From: Centroscyllium fabricii
Lineage: Eukaryota
NCBI GenBank assembly: GCA_051313645.2
Contig: JBNRSN020000004.1
Coordinates: forward strand, 74,152,001-74,216,000
Reading direction: 5' to 3'
DNA length: 64,000 bases
Position 1 is the first letter of the stretch. Each line of letters starts with the position of its first letter. Positions 38,151 to 50,440 of the stretch are shown here, piece by piece. Below the pieces are notes generated by a model. It worked only from the letters and a program-made list of their open reading frames with translations, was not told the origin of the DNA and did no database searches. A program made the position numbers and the translations under genes.

Positions 38151-38522
38151 CAGGTCCGACACCGTTAATCCAGCACGGTCGGGACCAGGCTGGCGCCGGA
38201 TTAGTGAAAAATCCGAACGATTAAAGCTTCGGCGCGCGTATGCGCAGACCATTCAAATGAATGGTCTACGCATGCGCTCGCCAAAGCATCAATCGTTCAT
38301 GGAGGCCCGAGCATGCGCAGCCAAGCGAGGTGGCCATTTTGCGCATGCGCAGCCAAGCGTGGCAGCCATTTTGCGCATGCATCGGGCAGTCGGGGAGAGG
38401 CCCAGGCATGCGCAGCCAAGCGCGGCGGCCATTTTGCGCATGTGCAGAGCAGACGTTCGGAATCGTTCTGGACGACTGAAGTTTCCAGATTACCGGTGTC
38501 TGGATTAACGGTGTTGGACCTG
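38151..38522. mobile_element. Tigger-like MITE (family B relative)
   Basis: TIR caggtccgacaccgttaatcc / ggattaacggtgttggacctg, TA TSD, gcgcatgcgc repeats. Confidence 0.88.
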
Positions 38523-39700
38523 TATTATGCTAAACCTTGGTTAGACCACACTTGGGAGTGCTGCGTACAATTCTGGTCACCACATTATAAGAAGGATATA
38601 GAGGCACTGGAGAGGGTGAAAAAAAGATTTTCAAGGATGTTACCAGAAATGCCAGACTCTCGAGTCAGTACAAAGAAGGGTCACTCGGTTAATCCCAGGG
38701 ATGAGGGGTTGGACATATGAGGAGAGGTTGAGTAGATTGGGACTCTACTGATTGGAGTTCAGAAGAATGAGGGGCGATCTTATTGAAACATATAAGATTG
38801 TGAAGGGGTTGGATCGGGTGGACGCGGGGAGGATGTTTCCAATGATGGGTGAAACTAGAACTAGGGGGCATAAACTTAGAATAAGGGGCTGCTCTTTCAA
38901 AACTGAGATGAGGAGAAACTACTTCACTCAGAGGGTAGTAGGTCCATGGAACATGCTGCCCCAAAAAGCTGGAGAAGCTAAATCATTACAGAAATTTAAA
39001 ACAGAAATAGACAGTTTCCTAGTAGTAAAAGGGATTAAAGGTTACAGGGAGCGGGCAGGAATTTGGACATGAGTCTAGGTTCAGATCGGTCATGGCCCTG
39101 TGGGTAGTGGAGCGGGCCCAGGGACCGTGTAGCCTGATCCTGCTCCTATTTTGTGTGTCTAATTCTGTTAGATGCAGGAGATCCTTCTGTGATAGTAGGT
39201 TGGTTGTTAGGATCAGATCAGCCATGATCTTATTGAATGGCGGGGCAGGCTCGAAGGGCCGATTGGCCTACTCCTGCTCCTATTTCTTATGTTCTTATAC
39301 TGATCAAGAAAGGGTGAATAGACTGGGTATCTTTTCAAGGCTGAGGGGTGACCTAATAGAGGTCTTTAAAATTATGAAAAGCATTGATGGAGTAATGTAT
39401 ACACAGAGTGTTTCCACTTGTGGAGAACAGCAAAAGTAGAAGACATCAATACAAGATAGTCACTAAGAAATCAAGTAAGGAAGTCAGAAGAAACCAGAGT
39501 GGGGAGAACGTGGAGCTCACTAACACAGGGAGTGTTTGAGGCAAATAGTATTGATACATTTAAGGGGACGCTAGATAAGCATATGGGGGGACAAGGAAAG
39601 AGAGGGTTATGCTAATATAGTTAAGGAAAGATGGGAGGAGGCTTAAGTGGAACATAAATGTCAGTAGGGACTGGATGTGCTGAATGACCTGTTTCTGTGC
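38523..39700 (+). mobile_element. Old CR1 3' fragment containing a younger CR1 insertion (38656-39297)
   Basis: The host reads continuously across the insertion when compared with its inverted copy at 41821-42397. Confidence 0.85.
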
Positions 39701-39957
39701 ATATATTCTGTATAATAAATTGCGGCGGCCCAGCATGAGCTCCTCACAGACAGACACCACCAGTGATTAGCAACACCTCAGATTCTGGTTTATCAGAAAA
39801 TAAAAAGATTTTATTTTGAAAATGTTTTATCTTTTTCAATGTACATCTCTAATTCTGCAGAACATTCATCGAAAATGTTTCATCTTCTTAAGCATTTTGA
39901 GGGTTAAGGAAATTTCCCTATACAAAAATCATTAGATAATTAAATTTAGAGTTTTGG

Positions 39958-42716
39958 ATAGAAACATAGAAGCAGGAGGAGGCCATTCGGCCCTTCGAGT
40001 CTGCTCCGCCATTCAATTAGATCATGACTGATCTTTCAGATTCAGTACCCTGTCCCACCCAGCCTTCTCCCCATATCCCTTGATCCCTTCAGCCTGAATA
40101 AATATATCCAACTCCTTCTTGAATATATTTAATGAACCGGCCTCCACCACCCTCTGTGGCAGAGAATTCCACAGGTTCACCACTCTCTGCGTGAAGAAAT
40201 TCCCCCTCATCTCAGTCCTAAATGGCTTTCCCCTTATCCTTAGACTATGGCCCCTGGTTCTGGACTCTCCGGCCATCGGAAACATCCTTCCTGCATCCAG
40301 TCTGTCCAGGCCTGACAGAATTTTATAGGTTCGATGAGATCCCCTCTCAATCGTCTGAACTCCAGTGAGTATAAGCCCAATCGACTCAATCTCTCCCCAT
40401 ACGTCATTCCTGCCATCCCAGGTATCAGCCTGGTGAATCTTCGCTGCACTCCTTCAATGGCAAGAACGTCCTTCCTCAGATGAGGCGACCAAAACTGCAC
40501 ACAATACTCGAGGTGTGGTCTCACCAAGGTCCTGCAGAGCTGCAGCAAGACATCCTTGTTCTTATATTCGAACCCACTTGATATGAAGGCCAGCATACCA
40601 TTTGCCTTCTTAACCGCCTGTTGCACCTGCATGCTTACCTTCAGTGACTGGTGTACAAGAACACCCAGGTCTCTTTGCACTTCCCCATCTCCCAATCTGT
40701 TGCCATTCAAATAATAATCTGCCCTCCTGTTTTTGCCACCAAAGTGGATAACCTCACATTTATCCACATTATAGTACATTTGCCATGTATCTGCCCAATC
40801 CCCCAACCTGTCCAAATCGCATTGGAGTTTCTCGACATCCTCCTCACAGCACACCCTCCCACCCAGCTTTGTGTCGTCTGCAAATTTGGAGATATTACAT
40901 CCAATTCCCTCGTCCAGATCATTAATATATATATTGTGAACAGCTGGGGGTCCTAGGACCGATCCTTGCGGTACCCCACTAGTCACTGCCTGCCACTCGG
41001 AAAATGACCCATTTATTCCAACTCTGTTTTCTATCTGCCAACCAGTTCTCTATCCAAGTCAATACCTTGCCCCCAATCCCATGAGCCTTAATTTTGCACG
41101 CTAATCTCTTATGAGGGACCTTATCGAAAGCTTTCTGAAAGTCCAAATACACCACGTCCACTGGTTCGCCCCTATCTATTTTACCAGTTACATCCTCAAA
41201 CAATTCCAGTAGATTAGTCAAGCACGATTTACCTTTTGTAAATCCATGTTGACTCTGTCTGATCCAGTCACTGTTTTTCAAGTGTACTGCTATTACATCT
41301 TTAATAATGGACTCTAGCATTTTTCCCACTACCAATGTCAGGCTTACTGGTCTATAATTCCCCGCTTTTTCTCTACCCCCTTTTTTGAATAGTGGGGTAA
41401 CATTAGCTACCCTCCAATCCATGGGTACTGTTCCAGAGTCTATCGAGTTCTGGAAGATGATCAGCAATGCATCTGCTATCTCCAGGGCCACTTCCTTAAG
41501 TACCCTACGATGTAGATTAACAGGCCCTGGGGATTTGTCGGCCTTTAATCGCTTGTTAGGCCTACCGAAATGCATCACCTCACACTTTTCAGGATTAAAT
41601 TCCATTTGCCACTTTTCCGCCCATCTGACCAACTCATCTATGTCGTCCTGCATGTTGCGGATTTCCTCCTCGCTATTTACCAACCCACCAACTTTTGTGT
41701 CATCTGCAAACTTACTGACCATGCCTTTTACATTCATATCTAAATTATTAATATAGACTACAAACAGCAAGGGACCCAACACCGATCCCTGCGGTGCCCC
41801 ACTGGACATAGAAACAGGTCATAGAAACAGGTCATTCAGCACATCCAGTCCCTACTGGAGTTTATGTTCCACCGAAGTCTCCTCCCATCTTTCCTTAACT
41901 ATATTAGCATAACCCTCTCTTTCCTTGTCCCTCCATATGCTTATCTAGCGTCCCCTTAAATGTATCAATACTATTTGCCTCAAACACTCCCTGTGGTAGT
42001 GAGCTCCACGTTCTCCCCACTCTCTGGTTTCTTCTGACTTCCTTACTTGAATTCTTGGTGACTATCTTGTATTGACGTCTTCTACTTTTGCTGTTCGCCA
42101 CAAGTGGAAACACTCTGTATACTTTATTCCATCAATGCTTTTCATAATTTTAAAGACCTCTATTAGGTCACCCCTCAGCCTTGAAAAGATACCCAGCCTA
42201 TTCACCCTTTCCTGATGGGTATAACCTGGCATTTCTGGTAACATCCTTGTCAATCTTTTTTTCACCCTCTTCAGTGCCTCTGTATCCTTTTTATAATGTG
42301 ACCAGAATTGTACGCAGCACTCCCAAGTGTGGTCTAACCAAGGTTTAGCATAATACAGGTCCGACACCATTAATCCGGACACCGGTAATCCGGAAACGCC
42401 TATCTGTTCCCCTTACGATTGAATCCCCTACTACTATTGCTCACCCACTCTTTTTCCTCCCTTTCTGAGCAGCAGAAACACCCCCAGTGCTAAGAAGTTG
42501 GCTGCTGCTGCCTTCCCCTGGTAAGTCGTCCCCCTCAACAGTATCCAAATCGGTGTACCTGTTAGACAGGGGGCTGGCCACAGGGGTCCCCTGTACTTCC
42601 TGTCTACCCGTTCTGCTCTGCCTGATGGTCACCCATTTCCCTTCTGCCTGTGCAGCCCTACCCTGCGGTGTGACCAACTCACTATACGTGCTATCCACGA
42701 CCCTCTCAGCATCGCG
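39958..42716 (-). mobile_element. Chimeric CR1 insertion (ORF1 piece / inverted local copy / second-subfamily RT piece / RT-to-tail)
   Basis: 42392-42716 ORF1 (…SNRYTDL…AIVVGDSIVRGTDRRF); 41821-42397 inverted copy of 38481-39698; 41551-41808 RT piece from another subfamily; 39958-41550 RT to tail. Confidence 0.8.
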
Positions 42717-43028
42717 AGCTAAGGTTTATCGAGAGTGTGGGATGGGAGGCCAGCCAGGAGAGCATCGGAGTTAGCATTACCAGCCTGAAGGTGACAAACC
42801 AGAGTTTCCGCTGCAGGTGGGCTGTAGTAAGGATGGAAGTAGGTGATGCTACGGAGCAATGGTGTAGGCGGTCTTTGTAATGATGATGATATGGGGTCAG
42901 ACGTTCCGCTTGGGGGTCAAACAGGATGCGGAGATTGCCAACAGTCTGGTTCAGCCTGAACCAGTCATCGTGATGGCGATCGAGTCAGTGCCAAGGACAT
43001 GGAGTTTGCAGTGCAGAGTGAAGACAAG

Positions 43029-43784
43029 GGCCCAGAAATTCCGTTCGCAGGCCTCCCACGGGCAGAGGGCGGCGATTTGGAAAAATCTGCGCCTGCACCG
43101 GAGGGTCCCCGGGAGGTGCAGAGTTCCGTTCCTGGGTCTCTCCAAACTGTCGGTGCGCAGGGCCCACGCATCCCAGGGGCGCAGGTGGTCCGCAGCGTCC
43201 CTGGGATCACGTGGGCCATGGGGAGCCAATCAGAGAAGGGAATCTCCATTCATACACTTGACAGGAAGACCTGTCAAATATATGAATGGAGATCACCTCA
43301 AAAACAAAGTAAAACTTTAAATATTTTTTTTTTTAAAAACAATCATTTTTAAAATGACTTAAAATTACATAAATTAACTATTTCAAACAGTTTTTTTATA
43401 AATTTGACAAAAATTTAAGTTTTTAACGGGGCTAAAAATAAACTTAACTTTCTTTGAAGTATTTTTAAATGATAAATCAATGGAATTTTTTTTTAAACTT
43501 TTTTTTCAACTCGTATGCCAGTAAAAGCAGTCCTTGCACTTGGTTTTACCAGGTGCAAGAATTCTAAGTGTTTTCTGCGGGCGGAGGGTCTCCAATAAAC
43601 AGAACTCTCCCCCCGTAGAGTTCCTGCTCCAGGGCAGCCGGAGGATCTGTCGAGAGCTTTCTTGACAGATCAGAAATGCTGGTTTCCAGCACATGCGCAG
43701 TGCAGGCCTGAAACCGGCACTTCCAATGTCCTACGGGTGAGTACACAGTGCATACACACCCATAGGGACCGGAATTTCTGTCCC
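43029..43784. mobile_element. Harbinger-like MITE with AT-rich centre
   Basis: TIR ggcccagaaattccg / cggaatttctgtccc, about 3-bp flanks aag/aat. Confidence 0.7.
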
Positions 43785-44441
43785 AATGTCTCCTGTCTGA
43801 GACTCTAGATTTTAAACACCAAATTAATTTCAGTATCTTCGTGAGCAAGAATTTCAAACATTTTCTGTTTCTCTTAATACTAATTTCGACGTTTTTAAAT
43901 CACTGAAATGATGCATACCAGCTGCTGAAGGAACTGTATTTAAATAGATACTTGGGTTAAAATAATGATCTGCTTGTGCCCAGCTCCAGCAAACAGTAAT
44001 AGTAAGAGTGCATTTCAGAAGTCAGCATTCTTTTTGCCAGAGATGAGAGATTGCTCTGTGTGTTACAACTGCCAGAAGTCAAAGCATGCTGCTTGTCTAC
44101 ATTTGATCATGATCCGGTGCTTACACCTGTAGTTTACAGCACAGATTTTCAAACTGGCATCCCCAGACTGCCAGGAGGTCCTGCAAGAGATTCCCTGGGG
44201 TCAGCTTTCTGTGCGTTCATCATCAGGATAACTATACTACCTGCCATGTAACAATTTTTTTTTAAAACACACATTTTCTACAAGGACCATTGCTTTCCTT
44301 GGTTAGCTGACCATCTTTTAAAATTGGAAGGAGGATAAGCAAGAGTGTATCACTATTGACAGAGAAAAGTTTGAGAGCAAAAAGCAAAAACAGAAAATGC
44401 TGGAAATACTCAGTAAGTGTGGAGAGAACAAACAAGTTAAA

Positions 44442-44575
44442 GGGGCTAATGTTAACCTAACTCGCCCATCTGGAGACTGTTAGGATCGGGTGCAATGCTG
44501 ATTTTACACCCTGCCCGAATTTACTCTCCGATCCCATGTGTTTCTCGCCCAGCCAGTTAGGTTCAAATTGCCACC
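44442..44575. mobile_element. Short palindromic MITE
   Basis: ggggctaatgttaacctaact / agttaggttcaaattgccacc inverted ends. Confidence 0.55.
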
Positions 44576-44684
44576 GTCTCAGGTGCATGCCTTTCATCAC
44601 CACTAGAAAATATTATACAGGAGGCGTATTTAAAAAGGAATCGAACAAAGGTAAGGGAAAATAAGTACACACACACACGTGGTG

Positions 44685-46078
44685 TGTAGTAGGGATAAAC
44701 CAGGGAATTACAGGCCAGTGAGCCTAACATCAGTGGGAGGGAAATTATTGAAAATAATTCTGAGGGACAGAATTAGTCTCCACTTGGAGAGGCAAGGATT
44801 AATCAAGGATAGTCAGCATGGCTTTGTCAAAGGAAGATCATGTCTGACCAATTTGATTGAATTTTTTGAGGGGGTGACGTGTGGATGAGGGTAGTGCAGT
44901 GGATGTGGTATACATGGATTTCAGTAAGGCTTTTGATAAAGTCCCGCATAAGTGATTGGTCAAGAAGGTAAGAGCCCATGGGATCCAGGGCACATTGGCT
45001 CATTGGATCCAAAACTGGCTTAGTGTCAGAAGGCAGAGGGAGATGGTCGAAGGTTGTTTTTGTGACTGGAAGCCTGTGTCCAGTGGAGTACCGCAGGGAT
45101 CGGTGCTGGGTCCCTTGCTGTTTGTAGTCTACATTAATAATTTGAATATGAATGTAAAAGGTATGATCAGTAAGTTCGCAGATGACACAAAAATTGGTGG
45201 GGTGGTAAATAGCGAGGAGGGAAGCCTCAGTCTGCAGGACGATATAGATGGGTTGTTCAGATGGGCGGAACACTGGCAAATGGAATTTTACCCTGAAAAG
45301 TGTGAGGTGATGCATTTTGGAAGGACTAACAAGACAAGGGAATACACAATGAATGGTAAGACCCTAGGAACAACAGATATCAGAGGGACCTTGGTGTGCA
45401 TGTACATAGATCCCTGAAGGCAGCAGGACAGGTGGATAAGGTGGGTAAAAAGGCATATGGGATACTTGCCTTTATTAGCCGAGGCATAGAATATAAGAGC
45501 AGGGAGGTTATGATGGAGCTGTACAAAACGCTGGTAAGGCCACAGCTGGAGTACTGTGTGCAGTTCTGGTCGCCACACTATAGGAAGGATGTGATTGCTT
45601 TGGAGAGGGTGCAGAGGAGATTCACCAGGATGTTACCTGGGCTGGAGCGCTTCAGCTATGAAGAAAGACTGAACAGGCTGGGGATGTTTTCCTTGGAGCA
45701 GAGAAGGCTGAGGTGTACAAAATTATATGGGGCATAGATAGGGTAATATAGAAAGGAACTTTTTTCCCTTAGTAGAGGGGTCAATAACAAGGGGGCATAG
45801 TTTCAAGGTAAGGGGCAGGAGGTTTAGAGGGGATTTGAGGAGGAACTTTTTCACCCAGAGTGTGGTTGGAATCTGGAACTCACTGCCCGAAAGGGTGTTA
45901 GAGGCAGGAACCCTCAATATTCAAGAAGCATTTAGATGAGCACTTGAAATGCCATTGCATACAAGGCTACGGACCAAGTGCTGGAAAATGGGATTAGAAT
46001 AGACAGGGCTTGATGGCCGGCGCGGACGCGATGGGCCGAAGCGCCTCTTTCTATGCTGTATAACTCTATGACTCTATG
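44685..46078 (+). mobile_element. CR1 LINE (second subfamily) RT-to-tail fragment
   Basis: [46 protein letters not shown]; tail ctctatgactctatg. Confidence 0.93.
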
Positions 46079-46499
46079 TATGTGAAGAAACAGAAATCTC
46101 TGCAAAGTGATTAAGTGGAGAATAAGAGATGGTTAAATGACAAAGTATATTAAGACAATAGGAGACATACCAAGAAATTAAAGACACTTATGAGACACAG
46201 AACATTTGAATAGCTGAGGAGGTGGGGTTAAGGTAGATGGAAATGGAAGCATGAGAAACTCGCAAAGCAAAGCAGGTTCCTGGAAGAATTGAAAAGCAGA
46301 TCAATACCAAGGGTGCAAATCATCCCACCAGCAGAGTGTTCAGACAGAGTGTCACGGGCCCAAGCACCAAATTACCTTGCCCCTCCCCGAAATGCTGACA
46401 CACCCATCCCACACCATTAAAGTTTGAACATTTCTGATTTATAGATCTCAAGTACCACGATTGGAACAACCTCCCAAAGCTACTGCACATGCCTGAACC

Positions 46500-47730
46500 C
46501 AATACCAAGAAATTGATAAAAGAGAAAAAAATGAGTAAATTAGCAAGAGACATAAAAACAGATTGTAAATGTTTCTATAGGTATGTAAATAGGAAGAGAT
46601 TAGTGAAAGTAAACGTGGGCCCAATAGAGGCAGAGACAGGAGAAATTATAATGGGCAATAAGGAAATGGCAGAGGCATCAAACAAATACTTTGTATCTGT
46701 CTTCACAGTAGAATACATTTTAAAAAAATCCAGAAATAATGGGGAACCAAGGGTCTAAAGAGAATGAGGAACTTAGAGAAATCAGTATAAGTAAAGACCT
46801 AGTACTAGAGAAATTAATAGGACCACGTGGCGACAAATCCCCTGGACCCCACAACCTGCATCCTGGAGTTTTAAAAGAGGTCGCTGCAGAAATAGTGAAT
46901 GCACTGGTATTAATCATCCAGAATTCCAAAGATTCTAGAACAGTCCCAAAGGATTGGAAGGTAGCAAAGAGAACCCCACTTTTTAAGAAAGGAGGAAGAG
47001 AAAAAACAGGGAACTATAGGCCAGGTAGCCTGATATCAGTAGTTGGCAAAATGCTAGAATCTATTATCAGGGACGTGGTAACAGGGCACTTAGAAAATCA
47101 TATGATTAGGCAGTCAACATGGTTTTATGAAAGGGAAATAGTGTTTGACAAATCAGTTAGAACTTTTTGAAGATGTAACTAGTAGGATGGATAAGGGGGA
47201 ACCAGTGGATGCAGTGTATTTGGATTTTCAAAAAGCATTCGATAAGGTGCCACTAAAGGTCATTACACAAAATTATGGGATTGGAGGCAATGTACAGGTT
47301 GAGCACCGCTAATCCGGACACCATTAGTCCAGCAACTTCAGCCGTCCGGAACAAATCCGGCCGACTGGTGTGCGCATGCGCAAAATGGCCGTCGCGCTTG
47401 GCTGCGCATGCCCAGGCCTCTCCCCGACTGGTCTGCGCATGCGCGAAATGGCCGGCACGCTTGCGGGCCGCTCTCCGACTGGTCTGCACATGCGCGAAAT
47501 GGCCGGCGCGCTTGGCTGTGCATGCCTGGTCCCAACCGTGCCGGATTAACGGCGTTCATCCTGTATTAGCATGGATTGAGGGTTGGCCAATGGAGAGAAA
47601 ACAGAGTAAACGGGACTTTTTCAGTTTGGCAGGCTTGATCTAGCAGGGTACCGCAACGATCAGTGCTTGGGCCTCAGCTATTTACAATCTATATTAATGA
47701 CTTAGATGAAGAGACTGAGTGTAATGTATC
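46500..47730 (+). mobile_element. CR1 ORF2 fragment, 3'-truncated, with nested MITE
   Basis: IKTDCKCFYRY, DKSPGPHNLHPGVLKE, FQKAFDKVP. Confidence 0.88.
47295..47563. mobile_element. Tigger-like MITE
   Basis: TIR caggttgagcaccgctaatccgg / ccggattaacggcgttcatcctg, TA TSD. Confidence 0.82.
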
Positions 47731-50440
47731 CTTGCCATCCATGAGCTTATCGTGGATGACTGCATCGACATCATGGCCCTGACAGAAACTTGGCTAAGGG
47801 GTGATGGCACCTTACCCTTAAATGACGCCTCCTGGCCTGGCTATGCCTTCCACCACTTGCTCTGCTCAGCTCTCCATAGAAACATAGAAGATAGGAGCAG
47901 GAGTAGGCCATTCGAGCCTGCTCCGCCATTCAATGAGATCATGGCTGATCATCCAAACCCAGTACCCCGCCCCTGCCCTCTCCCCATATCCCTCGATCCC
48001 TATCAAGCCTGCACCGACACATATCCCACCCTATCCCCGTAACACCACATATTCAATCCCCCTAACACTAAGGGTCAATTTATCCTGGCCAATCAACCTA
48101 ACCCGCACATCTTTGGACTGTGGGAGGAAACCGGAGCACCCGGAGGAAACCCACGCAGACACGGGGAGAATGTGCAAACTCCACACAGATAGTCACCCGA
48201 GGCTGGATTTGAACCCGGGTCTCCAGTGCTGTATGGCAACAGTGCTAACCACTATGCCACCGTGCCGCCAAATTGAGCATCACCTCTCAAAATGTACTTC
48301 ATTAACATTGAAAAATGCCCAAGAGGACGTGTTAGTTTAAAAGTGAGAAATGCTAGCCTGTGAAAAGATGTCGAAGTTGCACTTGCGTATTAATGAGGTA
48401 GCTTAGTATCTAAGCAGATTTGATTATGACCTGCATGTCAGTTCCTGAATGATGCCGAACGACTGGGTAGTACAGTGGGCTGAGCACTGACGACGTGGAT
48501 GGTGGCGGTGTAGCTCTCATCACCAAATTACACCTTGTTCTGTCCCCCTACTCCTCCGGCACTTTATTCTCCTTTCCACCGCTCATTTAAAATTATCGTT
48601 CTTTACCGCCCACCCAAGTACAATAAAAATATTACCACGATAACTTCACTGCTGTCCTCCCTCAGCCTCTGCACCGAGCGACTTCTCATCCTGTGATTTC
48701 AACCTCCATCTCAATTCATCATGCGCTCCCTCTCCTCTGAGTTCACTATCCCTTAATCTCTCCCTCCATGTAAGCTCCCCAACCTATAGTCACGGATACC
48801 CCCTCAACATTGCCATTTCCCACAGCCTCGCTACTCCCATTGTGTCAATCGCAGATAAGGCCATCTCTGACCACTTTCTCCTATCGCTCTCCGCCCACAT
48901 CCCCCCACCCCCCCAAACCCTACTTCTTTCTGTGTTCGTCTCTGAAAAAAACTCTTTTGCAACTGCACTTCCGAAACCCAACTGTCCAGCCTTTGGCCCT
49001 CCATTCACCCCAACATTTCTGCAGCTACCAATTTGCTCAACCACACCCTCACCTTTGATGCCCTAGTTCCTATTAAAACAATTACTCTCTCACCCTAGCC
49101 ATTCCCCCTGGTAAAGCCCTCACCTTCATTCCTTTAAGTCGAAGGGACGCAGACTTGAACAGTTAGACCGGACAACTGGTTTAGCCATTCACGGCCAGAT
49201 CTGGCTGGACCACAAAGCATTATCGGGTCCTGTTCTCGTCTGCCAAAATTGCTCACTATTCCAGAATGCAAAGATAAGCCCCGGCTTCTATTCTCCATGA
49301 AGAGTCTTCTTAAACCTCTCCTGTCTCCTCCGACAAAAAGTGTGAGGAGCCCAAGGACTCCTTGAGACCATCCGTTCAGCTGCCTCCGCTACTTCCCTTC
49401 CTCCCCCGAGCCCACCGGGCCGAACTTTCTCCAAGGTTCCCCCTTGCCCCAGCCCTGAACTCTCATCTTTCTCCAGTTTCTCTCCGATCGCCCCTCATGA
49501 CCTCTCCACGTTCATCTCGTCTGAGATCCACTTCCTGCGTCCTCGACCCTATTCCCATCAAACTGCTGGCCACCCAACTTCCTTTTCTGGCTCCCATGTT
49601 AGCTGACATTGTTAACGGTTCTCTCTCCTCGGGTACTGTGCCCCTCTGCCTCAAATCTGCCGTCATCACCCCTCTCTGCTCAAAAAAACAACTCTTGACC
49701 CCTCCGTCCTTGCAAACTACCACCCCATCTCCAGCCTCCCTTTCCTCTCCAAAATTCTTGAACTTGTTGCCTCCCAAATCCGTGCCCATCTTTTCCACAA
49801 CTCCATGTTTGAATCCCTCCAATCAGGTTGCCGTCCCTGCCACAGTTCCGAAACTGCTCTCAAAGTCACAAATGACATCCTTTGTGACTGTGGCAATGGT
49901 AAACTATTCCTCCTCGTCCTTCTTGACTTGTCTGCAGCCTTCAACATGGTTGATCACTCCATCCATCTCCAACGCCTCTCCACAGTTGTCCAGCTGGGTG
50001 GGACTGCACTCGCCTGGTTCCATTCTTATCTATCTAATCGTAGCCAGACAATCACCTGCAACGGCTTCTCTTCCCGCTCCCGCATCGTTACAAGGATCTA
50101 TCTTTGGCCCCCTCCTATTTCTCATCTACGTGCTGCCCCTTGGCGACACCATCTAAAAATACAGCGTCAGTTTCCGCATGTACACTGACGACAACCAGCT
50201 TTACCTCACCACCACTCCCCTCGACCCCTCCACGGTCTCTAAATCGTCAGACTGCTTGTCCGACATCCAGTTCTGGAGGAGTAGAAATTTTCTCTAATTA
50301 ATTACCAAAGCCATTGTTTTCAGTCCCCGCCACAAACTCCATTCCCTCGCCACTGACTCCATCCCACTCCCCAACATCTGTCCGAGGCTGAACCACACTT
50401 CGCAACCTTGGTGTCATATTTGATGCTGAAATGAGCTTAA
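47730..50440 (+). mobile_element. L2-clade LINE ORF2 (EN to RT), fragmented
   Basis: IMALTETWL, IVLYRPPK, DPIPIKLL, SLSSGTVP..LKSAVITP, QSGCRPCHSSETAL, LLDLSAAFNMVDHSI, YTDDNQLY. Confidence 0.88.
47877..48269 (-). mobile_element. HE1/V-SINE-type SINE nested in the L2
   Basis: Reverse complement of the SINE. Confidence 0.9.

Noticed and set aside
40979-41809. 276-aa ORF with RT motifs in permuted order
   Set aside because: Results from the in-frame template-switch junction of two CR1 pieces; not an independent gene.
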